Of a DNA stretch of 64,000 nucleotides, positions 1 to 9,854 are shown one piece after another (within the stretch, counting starts at the first letter, position 1; every line of letters starts with the position of its first letter). The notes under the pieces are model-generated. The model searched no databases. It was not told where the DNA came from and saw only the letters and a list, made by a program, of their open reading frames with translations. Source of the stretch: Minisyncoccota bacterium (lineage in GTDB: Bacteria > Patescibacteriota > Minisyncoccia > Phycocordibacterales > JBAZVT01). The stretch lies in NCBI GenBank assembly GCA_041660745.1, contig JBAZVT010000003.1, positions 1,880 through 65,879 of the forward strand. Reading direction: 5' to 3'. A program made the position numbers and the translations under genes.

Positions 1-117
1 TGAGTCCATACTGACACCTTCTTCGGTGACCATTCCAGTCTGGCGCATGAGGGCGTCGGTAAGGGTTGTCTTGCCGTGGTCAACGTGTGCGATGATTGCT
101 ATATTTCTGATTTCCAT
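1..117 (-). CDS. typA: GTP-binding protein TypA/BipA, N-terminal 39 codons (gene runs off the window start)
   Basis: Reverse-complement of 1-117 translates as [30 protein letters not shown], the G1 P-loop (AHVDHGKTT) of a translational GTPase; the [17 protein letters not shown] pattern matches TypA/BipA. ATG at 115-117 (minus strand). Confidence 0.65.
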   Translation of the reverse strand, partial: MEIRNIAIIAHVDHGKTTLTDALMRQTGMVTEEGVSMDS

Positions 118-182
118 TTTGATAAAAAATACTTAAATTACGGAACTAAAAAAACGCCTCTCGGCTGTTTATGTGTGTATAA

Positions 183-1559
<1,377 letters not shown>

Positions 1560-1571
1560 AATTTTTTAGCA

Positions 1572-1607
1572 AAAAAATGACCGCATTGTAAGCGGTCATT
1601 TTTTTTG
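1572..1607 (+). terminator. rho-independent terminator after eno
   Basis: tgaccgc-attgta-gcggtca hairpin followed by a T8 run. Confidence 0.8.
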
Positions 1608-1640
1608 CTCATTTTTCCTTTTTTTCGTATACTTAAATAC

Positions 1641-3161
1641 ATGAAATCAAATCATGGGAAACAAACAGCCTTAATTGTTTTAGACGGGTGGGGCTATCGA
1701 GAAGAAACAAAAGACAATGCCATTGCGGCTGCAAAAAAGCCGAATTTTGATAGGTTGTGGAACATGTATCCTCATACTACCTTAGAGGCGAGCGGGCTCG
1801 CTGTGGGGCTTCCAGAAGGTCAAATGGGTAACAGTGAAGTCGGGCATACTACTATTGGTGCGGGGGCGATTATGGATACTGACTTGGTGAGAATTTCAAA
1901 ATCCGCTAATACTGGTGAGTTTGAAAAAAATCCCGCTTTCAGTACTCTTTTTGAACATGTAAAGAAAAATAATAGCACGTTACATTTTTGCGGACTTATT
2001 GGTCCAGGTGGCGTGCACGCACACAGCGAACATCTCTTTGCATTACTTCGCAGCGCAAAGAACTCGGGTCTTTCTAGAGTAACCGTGCATGCATTTATGG
2101 ATGGTAGGGACACACCCCCACAAAGTGGATCTGGATATCTCAAAGAGCTCGAAGAAAAAATTGCGGAAATTGGCGTGGGACATATTGCAACAGTTTCTGG
2201 TAGGTACTACGCAATGGATCGTGATAGTAATTGGGATCGATTGGCGCAAGCAGAGGCGGCGATATTCTTTGCAAAGGGGAATGAATTTTCTGGCTCCGCA
2301 TCAGCCTATATGGAGCTGCAATATCAGAATGCGGTTGTAGATGAACATGTGATTCCTGCGGTGTGTACAGATATTGGGGCGGGATCATCTATTATCGAAA
2401 AAAATGACGGTGTTTGCTTCTTCAATTTTCGTGCTGATCGTGCTCGCATGTTTACACGTCACTTGTCGGAGAAAATTGTTACTGAAAATTTATTCATAGC
2501 AACGATGACTGTATATGATGAGGCTGTACCTGTATCTGCCGTCGCTTTTCCTCCGATTTCTATTACTGAGACTCTTGCAAAATCTATTTCAGAAGCTGGG
2601 TTATCACAAGTACATGTTGCGGAAACAGAGAAATTTGCGCATGCGACATACTTCCTTAATGGTGGGCATGAGCAACCATATCCAGGGGAAGAACACGTGT
2701 TAATTCCAAGTCACAAAGATGTTGCGACACACGATCTTGCTCCAGAGATGCGTGCTGCGGAAATTGCAGATAAGGTTGTTGAATATATAGAAAAGGGAAC
2801 TGATTTTATTTTTATCAATTTTGCAAACCCAGACATGGTGGGGCATACAGCAAACGTCCCTGCGATTATTACTGCGATTGAGGCAGTGGATACTGTCTTA
2901 GGGAAAGTTATTACTGTCCTAGAAAGGAAAGGTGGAGTTGCTTTTATTACGGCAGATCACGGAAACGCAGAAGTGAATATTGATCCAGAAACAGGGAAGA
3001 GACATACTGCTCACACCACAAATCCTGTCCCGGCAATTCTTACAGAGGTGGGGACTGTTCTCCGGGATGGTTGTGGACTTTCACATATCGCCGCAACAGT
3101 TTTGCAGGTTATGGGTGTTGATGTGCCACGAGAGATGACGGGGAAGAGTTTGATTGGGTAA
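1641..3161 (+). CDS. gpmI: 2,3-bisphosphoglycerate-independent phosphoglycerate mutase
   Basis: ALIVLDGWGYRE...MGNSEVGHTTIGAG and C-terminal ADHGNAE motifs typical of iPGM; ATG at 1641. Confidence 0.95.
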   Translation: MKSNHGKQTALIVLDGWGYREETKDNAIAAAKKPNFDRLWNMYPHTTLEASGLAVGLPEGQMGNSEVGHTTIGAGAIMDTDLVRISKSANTGEFEKNPAFSTLFEHVKKNNSTLHFCGLIGPGGVHAHSEHLFALLRSAKNSGLSRVTVHAFMDGRDTPPQSGSGYLKELEEKIAEIGVGHIATVSGRYYAMDRDSNWDRLAQAEAAIFFAKGNEFSGSASAYMELQYQNAVVDEHVIPAVCTDIGAGSSIIEKNDGVCFFNFRADRARMFTRHLSEKIVTENLFIATMTVYDEAVPVSAVAFPPISITETLAKSISEAGLSQVHVAETEKFAHATYFLNGGHEQPYPGEEHVLIPSHKDVATHDLAPEMRAAEIADKVVEYIEKGTDFIFINFANPDMVGHTANVPAIITAIEAVDTVLGKVITVLERKGGVAFITADHGNAEVNIDPETGKRHTAHTTNPVPAILTEVGTVLRDGCGLSHIAATVLQVMGVDVPREMTGKSLIG

Positions 3162-3185
3162 TGTTGGACGTGTATAAAAAATCTA

Positions 3186-3216
3186 AAAACCTCAAGATTG
3201 TTGGTCTTGGGGTTTT
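3186..3216 (+). terminator. terminator hairpin after gpmI
   Basis: aaaacctcaaga / tcttggggtttt stem (1 mismatch), loop ttgttgg, followed by gtgttt. Confidence 0.6.
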
Positions 3217-3317
3217 GTGTTTAGCGGTTGATTATGAAGAAAAAATAACAGGTGTCTTCATGATTCCTACATGATTAGTGGCTCAAAATATGATGTAATA
3301 GGGTGCCCCTTGTTTTT

Positions 3318-3345
3318 CATGAAGATTATTCATATAATCTTCATG
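3318..3345. promoter_or_regulatory. perfect palindrome CATGAAGATTAT-tcat-ATAATCTTCATG in the response-regulator promoter region (candidate operator); contains TATAAT
   Basis: 12-bp perfect inverted repeat 46 nt upstream of the RR start; a related CATGAAG..CTTCATG palindrome lies upstream of the cognate kinase (6601-6640). Confidence 0.5.
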
Positions 3346-3390
3346 TGATATTCCTACTGTAGAAGAGTAATAGTTTAATATACATTTTAT

Positions 3391-4059
3391 ATGCGAATAC
3401 TAATTGTTGATGATGATGAGAGTATGGGCAAGATGCTCCAAAAGGGTTTAGAAAAAATGGGTTACGCCGCAGATTATCTTTCAGATCCGGAATTGGCAGA
3501 ACGCCGTCTAAGTGTTTCTCATATGGATTATGACGCTGTTATTCTAGACCTCATGATGCCTAAGAAGACTGGTTTTGAAGTTGCAAAAAGTCTTCGTTCT
3601 CAGAAGATTGGTATTCCTATTCTTGTCCTCTCTGGCAAGTATGATATCAATGACAAGGTTGCTGCCCTTGATAGTGGGGCAGATGACTATATGGTTAAGC
3701 CATTTTCTCTTGATGAAGTTGTTGCTCGTATTAGAGCGTTGCTACGTCGTCCAAAAGAAGTGATTCCTGAAGTAATGCATACACGAAACATTACTCTTGA
3801 CCCAGCAACGCGCACTGTTACGGTGAACAACAAAGCAATTGAGCTGACTGTAAAGGAGTTCTCCCTCTTAGAATATTTAATGCGTCATCCTGGACAAGTA
3901 GTAAATCGTAATCAAATTCTTGACCATCTTTGGGGTTTTGATTTTGACTCATTTTCAAACGTTGTTGATGTGCATGTGAAAAACCTGCGTCGTAAGCTTG
4001 GTGGTGCAAAGTCGCCAATAGAAACCATTCGTGGTGTGGGGTATAGGATTAAGACTTAA
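3391..4059 (+). CDS. OmpR/PhoB-family two-component response regulator (receiver + winged-helix)
   Basis: MRILIVDDDESM...DLMMP receiver; C-terminal LTVKEFSLLEYLMRHPGQVVNRNQILDHLWG...VDVHVKNLRRKL winged helix. Confidence 0.92.
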   Translation: MRILIVDDDESMGKMLQKGLEKMGYAADYLSDPELAERRLSVSHMDYDAVILDLMMPKKTGFEVAKSLRSQKIGIPILVLSGKYDINDKVAALDSGADDYMVKPFSLDEVVARIRALLRRPKEVIPEVMHTRNITLDPATRTVTVNNKAIELTVKEFSLLEYLMRHPGQVVNRNQILDHLWGFDFDSFSNVVDVHVKNLRRKLGGAKSPIETIRGVGYRIKT

Positions 4060-4092
4060 TATAGAGTAATAGGATAAAGAGTAATTAAGCAG

Positions 4093-4140
4093 GCAAGACA
4101 AGCCGCGCCCCGCAAGGGCGCGGCTTGTCTTGCTATTTTC
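4093..4140 (+). terminator. rho-independent terminator after the response regulator
   Basis: 18-bp GC-rich perfect stem gcaagacaagccgcgccc/gggcgcggcttgtcttgc, then tattttc. Confidence 0.85.
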
Positions 4141-4195
4141 TCCTTACGTTGCATACTATTTTGAGATATTTGATTTGTCTGTATAATTGCTTCAA

Positions 4196-5326
4196 ATGGC
4201 TTCAGAGAATCTTCACGGAAGAAAAATTTTTAATCATGCAGGAAGTATCGCTGCGAGTAGTTTTTTTCTTTTTATAGCATTGGGCGCTCTCGCTGTTTGC
4301 GCTTTTTTTGCAGAAAGTGTGTTTGAGCAGATTAAGGCAAAAGCTGCTACTGCCTCGGCCAGCCCTTTGGTAAAATTTAAAACAGACTCTGGCAAAAAAC
4401 CTCAATTTATTCTTCTTGGTTTTGATGGATCACGTTCTCTGGATGCGTGGGAAAAGATTCTAGATTTTTCGCAAGAAATGAAGGGGATTGGTACACATGT
4501 TAATTTTACTTTTTTTATAAGCGGAGTGTATTTATTGGATGAACAGAATAAAGATATATACAAAGATCCACTTGGAAGCATTGGGCGGTCTCTTATTGGT
4601 TTTGGAAGATCAGATGACATTGCTCCGCGGGTATCTTTTATTAATAGGGCAATTACTGATGGGCATGAAATCGGTTCTCACGCCAATGGGCATTTTAGTG
4701 GGCATCGGTGGACGTTTGAACAATGGATGCAAGAATTTACATCTTTTAATTTTTTGATTGATGCCATTAAAACAAATAACAGTAATTTGGTTTTACGCGA
4801 ATCTTTGCGAGTTTCCTCGGGCGACATTATTGGTTTCCGTGCACCAGAACTCGCTACCAATGTAAACATGTATCACGCGCTAGCCTCATCAAGTTTTGTG
4901 TATGATGCAAGTGGTATCTCACAAAAAACAGATTGGCCAAAACGAGATAAATTCGGTATATGGCATATTCCATTGTCTACTATTTTCTTGAATCCGGGTC
5001 GTATTCCTACTATTACTATGGATTATAGTGTTTTTATGACTCAAACAGACGCTCAGGACACTGTCTTGAAAGATTCTCCTGAGTGGATGAGACTATATGA
5101 ACAGTTGTCTGGTGCGTACCGGGAATTGTTTGATGGTGTATATGACGGCGGAAGAGAGCCTATTGCTATTGGACATCATTTCTCGGAATGGAATAGTGGG
5201 GTGTACTGGGAAGTTATGAAAGATTTTATTCGTGAAGAATGCGGAAAACCAGAAGTTAATTGTGTGACATACAAGGAGTTGGTGGGGTATATGGAGGCAC
5301 AAGAAAAGAGTCTGGTGAGTTTATAA
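4196..5326 (+). CDS. polysaccharide deacetylase (CE4/NodB-homology) with N-terminal TM segment
   Basis: FILLGFDGSRS...DGHEIGSHANGH motifs resemble CE4 deacetylases; the ORF-track start at 4187 is TTG, first ATG is 4196 with TATAAT at 4182-4187. Confidence 0.6.
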   Translation: MASENLHGRKIFNHAGSIAASSFFLFIALGALAVCAFFAESVFEQIKAKAATASASPLVKFKTDSGKKPQFILLGFDGSRSLDAWEKILDFSQEMKGIGTHVNFTFFISGVYLLDEQNKDIYKDPLGSIGRSLIGFGRSDDIAPRVSFINRAITDGHEIGSHANGHFSGHRWTFEQWMQEFTSFNFLIDAIKTNNSNLVLRESLRVSSGDIIGFRAPELATNVNMYHALASSSFVYDASGISQKTDWPKRDKFGIWHIPLSTIFLNPGRIPTITMDYSVFMTQTDAQDTVLKDSPEWMRLYEQLSGAYRELFDGVYDGGREPIAIGHHFSEWNSGVYWEVMKDFIREECGKPEVNCVTYKELVGYMEAQEKSLVSL

Positions 5327-5350
5327 AAAGAGTGGAAATATCCACTCTTT

Positions 5351-6469
5351 TTATTTTATTTTTTTTGCTGAGTCTTTAATGTTGGGAAGCAGAATAAAAA
5401 ATGTTGTTCCGGCGTGGACTTTTGAGGTAAACCATATTGTCCCGCCCATTTTATCAATAATCGTTTTTACAATATATAGACCCAAGCCCGTTCCTTCTAC
5501 CTTCATGTTTTTGATATTTTTTGCACGATATAGTTTGGTAAATATATTTTTTTGTTCGTGAACGGGGATACCGTAACCATTATCTTTTATGGTAACTAAG
5601 ATCCCATTTTTAATTGACATTTTTTTAGACTGAGTGCAGTGTTGTTGGACTTCAATGGTAACTTTTCCTTTGGTGGGGGTGTATTTTAAGGCGTTTGAAA
5701 TGATATTTTGGATGACAATTCTAGTCAATTTCTCATCAATATTTAACACAGAGTCTTTTAGGTGGGATATAAATTGGAAGTGTATGTTTTTTTCTTTCGC
5801 AATATGATACTGCTCATGCATAATATCTTCGATCATTTTTTCTATATCAGTTTCGTGTGCTTCAATAGAAAATGTTCCTCCTTCAATTTTTGAAATATCG
5901 AGGAGGTTGTTGACCAAATCTGTAAGTTTGTGATTGCTGTCGTGGATTTCTCGGATGTATTCTTTTTGTTCATCCGTCATATTCATGGTTGGGTCGAGAA
6001 GCATTTCTGCGCTCATATTGATAACGGAAAGTGGCCCTCTGAATTGATGTGAAAGGAATGAAATAAATTCGGTTTTTGCTTTATCAATTTCTTTTTCTCG
6101 CGTAATATCCCGTTCTATAGCGAGGAAAAATCTTACATTTCCTTTTGAATCTATAATGGGAGATAGGTGCATTTGTGCTATGTATGTAGAACCATTTTTT
6201 CTTCGGTTCGTGATTTCATATGAGAAATTCTTTTTTTCAATAAGAATTGTCTTCCACAATTCTTTATAAAAATTCTGTGGCATGACTCCGCCCCAAAGTG
6301 ATGGTTTGTGTCCAATGATTTCCTCTTTTGTATATCCCGTCATCTTTTCGCCGACGTGATTTACATAAATGATAGTCCCTTCTTTGTCCGTAATAAAAAT
6401 ATGGTCAAACGCTTGTTCAACAGCGTTCTTAAATAGTTCTGACGAAATTGTGTTGGTAGGTTCGTTCAT
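5351..6469 (-). CDS. cytoplasmic PAS-domain sensor histidine kinase
   Basis: PAS (FDHIFITDKEGTIIYVNHVGEKMTGYTKEEIIG), HisKA H-box (FISFLSHQFRGPL), HATPase (DNGYGIP...GTGLGLYIVK). First ATG at 6467-6469 (the track start at 6475 is TTG). Confidence 0.85.
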   Translation of the reverse strand: MNEPTNTISSELFKNAVEQAFDHIFITDKEGTIIYVNHVGEKMTGYTKEEIIGHKPSLWGGVMPQNFYKELWKTILIEKKNFSYEITNRRKNGSTYIAQMHLSPIIDSKGNVRFFLAIERDITREKEIDKAKTEFISFLSHQFRGPLSVINMSAEMLLDPTMNMTDEQKEYIREIHDSNHKLTDLVNNLLDISKIEGGTFSIEAHETDIEKMIEDIMHEQYHIAKEKNIHFQFISHLKDSVLNIDEKLTRIVIQNIISNALKYTPTKGKVTIEVQQHCTQSKKMSIKNGILVTIKDNGYGIPVHEQKNIFTKLYRAKNIKNMKVEGTGLGLYIVKTIIDKMGGTIWFTSKVHAGTTFFILLPNIKDSAKKIK

Positions 6470-6600
6470 AGACAAGTTCTTTTTTTATGCCAATAAGTCA
6501 TTATTAAGAAATTGTTTCAGAATTATGAAGATGTAGTATTGTATCTATGTGGCTAAATTAAGCCATATAACGTAATTTATTAATACAGTTTTACTATATA

Positions 6601-6640
6601 CATGAAGTATGTGATTTCTGTGTTTATTGTATACTTCATG
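6601..6640. promoter_or_regulatory. CATGAAGTAT...ATACTTCATG inverted repeat in the HK/truB divergent promoter region
   Basis: 10-bp perfect inverted repeat with 20-nt spacer; shares the CATGAAG/CTTCATG half-sites with the palindrome upstream of the response regulator. Confidence 0.45.
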
Positions 6641-6683
6641 AGAATAAATTGCAACTTTGTCAATAGCACGTTAGTATAAACTC

Positions 6684-7322
6684 ATGAAAGATGGAGATAT
6701 TGTTTTGGTTGATAAGCCGAAGGGTATTACATCGTTTGATGTGATACGGAAGTTGTGGCGAACATATGGAAAGATGAAAATGGGGCATGCGGGGACACTT
6801 GATCCAAATGCAACTGGTCTCATGATACTTGCAGTTGGGTCTGCAACAAAGCGCTTAAATGAATTTTTGAAACTGCCCAAGTGTTATGAGGCAGAAATAC
6901 AGTTCGGTATACAGACTGACAGTGGCGATTGCACAGGGAAGATTATTGCAACTACAGATACTGAAGGTCTATCCACACAGCGAATTACAGATACTCTTGT
7001 GGGGATGAAAGGAACACTTGAACTTGCAGTGCCAATGTACTCGGCAATAAAAAAAGATGGGAAAGCGTTGTATGCGTATGCTCGTGCCGGAGAAGCTGTG
7101 GTGGTTCCTGTAAAACCGATGACTATTCGTAATGCGCATTGGGATGGGTATGATTCGGTGACAGCTCGAGCAAAAGTATTCTTTGATGTGGAAAGCGGGA
7201 CGTATATTCGTACCCTTGCAGAGGAATTAGGAAGACGAATGAATACTGTTGCGACATTGGTTGAGCTTCGTCGGCTTTCAATTGGAGAATATAAAGTTGA
7301 AGGTGCTTTAAAATTGGAATAA
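6684..7322 (+). CDS. truB: tRNA pseudouridine(55) synthase TruB (short form lacking PUA domain)
   Basis: LVDKPKGITSFDVIRKL...GHAGTLDPNATGLMILAVGSATK catalytic motif. Confidence 0.9.
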   Translation: MKDGDIVLVDKPKGITSFDVIRKLWRTYGKMKMGHAGTLDPNATGLMILAVGSATKRLNEFLKLPKCYEAEIQFGIQTDSGDCTGKIIATTDTEGLSTQRITDTLVGMKGTLELAVPMYSAIKKDGKALYAYARAGEAVVVPVKPMTIRNAHWDGYDSVTARAKVFFDVESGTYIRTLAEELGRRMNTVATLVELRRLSIGEYKVEGALKLE

Positions 7323-7401
7323 TAAAGGGTATCCACTCCAGGGCAGATCCCTGGACCATTTTTGGAATTCGCAGACTCGCCCAAAACTATAGCAGAGCTA
7401 T

Positions 7402-7480
7402 AGGGTATTTACCCTTTGATGCCTTCCTCGGCTCGGAAGTGAGAAAGGGGACTTTCTCACTTCACTCACTCTACGTCAGC
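7402..7480 (+). repeat. repeat family A copy 1 (GCCTTCCTCGGCTCGGA - variable hairpin - CTCACTCTACGTCAGC)
   Basis: Shares conserved flanks with 30240-30320 (inverted) and 60877-60933; central hairpin agtgagaaag-gggga-ctttctcact differs in sequence but keeps pairing. Confidence 0.75.
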
Positions 7481-7490
7481 AATAAGAGTC

Positions 7491-8213
7491 TTAGAAGGTC
7501 TTTTTAATGTATACGAGGTACTCTATATTGCCAGTTCCGCCAATAATAGGAGATTGGATTGATTCCCATTCTGATAGGTGGTTTGCAGTCGTCCAGGCGT
7601 GAATTTTCTCAAGTGCAGAATTGCGGGCGTTTTTGTCAGTCACAACGCCCTGTCTGTTGAGATTGTCTTGTCCCACTTCAAATTGTGGTTTTACAAGGGC
7701 TATAATTTCGGCATCGTTTTTTAATAATGTCAGTACTGCAGGTAGGACTTGTGTCAGGGAAATAAAAGAAACGTCTATGACTGCGAGATCAACCAGCTCG
7801 GGTAGTTGTACTTTCCTCACATCCATCTGTTCTAGGGTGATGACGCGCGAATCATTTCGTAGTGAAGCATCAAGTTGGTTTGTGCCGACATCAATGGCAT
7901 ATACTTTTTGTGCCCCCGCTTGCAATAGGCAGTCTGTAAAACCTCCGGTTGATGATCCGATATCTGCCACTACATATCCTGATGGTTTTACAGAAAATAC
8001 TTCTAAAGCTTTCTGTAATTTTTCACCACCACGACTCACAAAAGGAAGAGGTTTTATGATATGTATATCTAACTCCTCTTCAATTTCCTCGCTTGGTTTT
8101 ATAATTGATTTGTTATTAATGGTTACCAGGCCGCGTTTAATAAGCTCGGCTGCGGCGGTGCGAGAACGACAAAGCCCTTTTTTAAACATGAGAACATCGA
8201 CTCTTTTTTTCAT
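7491..8213 (-). CDS. tlyA: TlyA-family rRNA 2'-O-methyltransferase (S4 + FtsJ-like domains)
   Basis: N-terminal S4 RNA-binding motif (RVDVLMFKKGLCRSRTAAAELIKRGLV), SAM motif VADIGSSTGGFTDCLLQAGA. Confidence 0.85.
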   Translation of the reverse strand: MKKRVDVLMFKKGLCRSRTAAAELIKRGLVTINNKSIIKPSEEIEEELDIHIIKPLPFVSRGGEKLQKALEVFSVKPSGYVVADIGSSTGGFTDCLLQAGAQKVYAIDVGTNQLDASLRNDSRVITLEQMDVRKVQLPELVDLAVIDVSFISLTQVLPAVLTLLKNDAEIIALVKPQFEVGQDNLNRQGVVTDKNARNSALEKIHAWTTANHLSEWESIQSPIIGGTGNIEYLVYIKKTF

Positions 8214-8319
8214 CAGTAACCAGCATACCGTAAATTTTCTGTAAAATCTAATCCTGAGCTAAAATATAACTATTTTACTACTTTCATTTTTGTACTTGAA
8301 TTTGGGTGGTATAATCCAC

Positions 8320-8886
8320 ATGATGGAAAAAACCGATGAAGAACTTGTCAAAGAGTATAATGTCACCGGGGACACAGATGTATTTGAGGTGCTTGTGAGG
8401 CGGTATGGTAAGTCTATATATAATTTTATCTATCGATATGTTGGCGCTGATTCTTACTCGAATGATTTGGCTCAAGATACGTTTGTAAAAATGTGGAAGA
8501 ATATAAAAAAATTTGATGGTAATAAACGATTTAAAACATGGATATTCCAGATTGCAAAAAATACCGCTTTAGATTGGCTAAAGTCGAAACATTCAAAAAC
8601 TTTTTCTGAGATTGAGGCTCTTATGGGTCTCGACGAGGAGTATTTGTTTGAGGTTATTGATACCGAACCTCTTCCTGATGAGTTAGTGGGAAGAAAGGAA
8701 TTAAAAAAAGAAGTTGAGCAAGCTCTTGTAAATATTAATCCAGAATATCGTGCTGTTGTTTCTTTGCATATTTTTTCAGATCTTACGTTTCAAGAGATAT
8801 CAGATATTACAGGGGTGTCAGTGCATACAGTAAAAAGTCGTTATAGGAGGGCACTCATAATGCTTAAAAAACATCTTATGCCGTAG
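8320..8886 (+). CDS. ECF (sigma-70 group IV) RNA polymerase sigma factor
   Basis: Region 2 (IYNFIYRYVGADSYSNDLAQDTFVKMW) and region 4 HTH (LTFQEISDITGVSVHTVKSRYRRAL). ATG at 8320, TATAAT at 8310-8315 only 4 nt upstream (leaderless-type). Confidence 0.85.
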   Translation: MMEKTDEELVKEYNVTGDTDVFEVLVRRYGKSIYNFIYRYVGADSYSNDLAQDTFVKMWKNIKKFDGNKRFKTWIFQIAKNTALDWLKSKHSKTFSEIEALMGLDEEYLFEVIDTEPLPDELVGRKELKKEVEQALVNINPEYRAVVSLHIFSDLTFQEISDITGVSVHTVKSRYRRALIMLKKHLMP

Positions 8887-8921
8887 TGCACCAAAGCCTT
8901 CCTCTGTGTCGTACTATAAAC

Positions 8922-9329
8922 ATGAATGAATATGAGAAATTAATTCAATGTATACCAGATATACACCCCAGGGAAGATTTTGTGGAGGTGGTTATGTTAC
9001 GAGTTAAAAAAGAATTATACATGCGAGCATGGAGACGTTTTGTTACCGGTTCGTTTTTTGCGGTAGCTTCTTTTGTGGCTCTCGTTCCTGCGGTTGTACA
9101 GTTGTACTCCACATGGTTTCAGTCTGGTTCCGCAGAGATAATCTCCCTTGTTTTTTCAGATTTTACTATCGTGACTACCTACTGGAAAGAATTTCTGCTG
9201 TCGTTTGTAGAATCGGTGCCATTTATTCCTTTTGTGGCGGTGTTGGCTTCAGTGTGGGTATTTCTCGTTTCGGTGAGAAGTTTGTTTAAAATACCGACAA
9301 AATCTTTTGGCTTGTTATTCAATAAGTAA
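8922..9329 (+). CDS. putative membrane-anchored anti-sigma factor partner of the ECF sigma
   Basis: Immediately downstream, overlapping the sigma gene; small protein with TM helices (FFAVASFVALVPAVV; FIPFVAVLASVWVFLVSV). Assignment is by position only. Confidence 0.4.
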   Translation: MNEYEKLIQCIPDIHPREDFVEVVMLRVKKELYMRAWRRFVTGSFFAVASFVALVPAVVQLYSTWFQSGSAEIISLVFSDFTIVTTYWKEFLLSFVESVPFIPFVAVLASVWVFLVSVRSLFKIPTKSFGLLFNK

Positions 9330-9339
9330 TTATTATCAT

Positions 9340-9852
9340 ATGGATTTAGATATAAAAAAGGGAGTTCAGTCAAAAACATTTAAATGGGTTTTGTATAGCA
9401 TAGGAATTTTTCTTATATTAGTTATTGTTTTTCGTGCAGGTATGTTCGTTGGCTTTTATCAGGCGAAATTCTTGGGTAATTGGAATAATAATTATTCTAA
9501 TAATTTTATTGGTCCACGAGAAGGCTTTGGAAGAATGGGACCTGGTGGCACAATGGATTTTAGAGATGACGCCTTTTTTAATTCTCACGGTGTTGTGGGA
9601 TCTGTCTTAAAGACGGCATCCTCATCTTTTATTATTGTGGGGAATGACGGTGTTGAGAAAAAGGTTATTGTTGGTAAAGAAACATCGATACGAAAATTTC
9701 GAGATGAGATTAAGGTTTCGGACATTATTGTTGATGATCAGGTTGTTGTTTTTGGGGCTCCCAATAGCGCTGGACAGATTGAAGCTCGACTTATAAGGAT
9801 TGCACCCATGCCAATGAATGGAAAAGCTTTGCCAAAATCATTTATTCAATAA
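9340..9852 (+). CDS. hypothetical membrane-anchored exported protein
   Basis: N-terminal TM (WVLYSIGIFLILVIVF), Gly/Asn-rich region; no recognisable domain. Confidence 0.45.
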   Translation: MDLDIKKGVQSKTFKWVLYSIGIFLILVIVFRAGMFVGFYQAKFLGNWNNNYSNNFIGPREGFGRMGPGGTMDFRDDAFFNSHGVVGSVLKTASSSFIIVGNDGVEKKVIVGKETSIRKFRDEIKVSDIIVDDQVVVFGAPNSAGQIEARLIRIAPMPMNGKALPKSFIQ

Positions 9853-9854
9853 GT

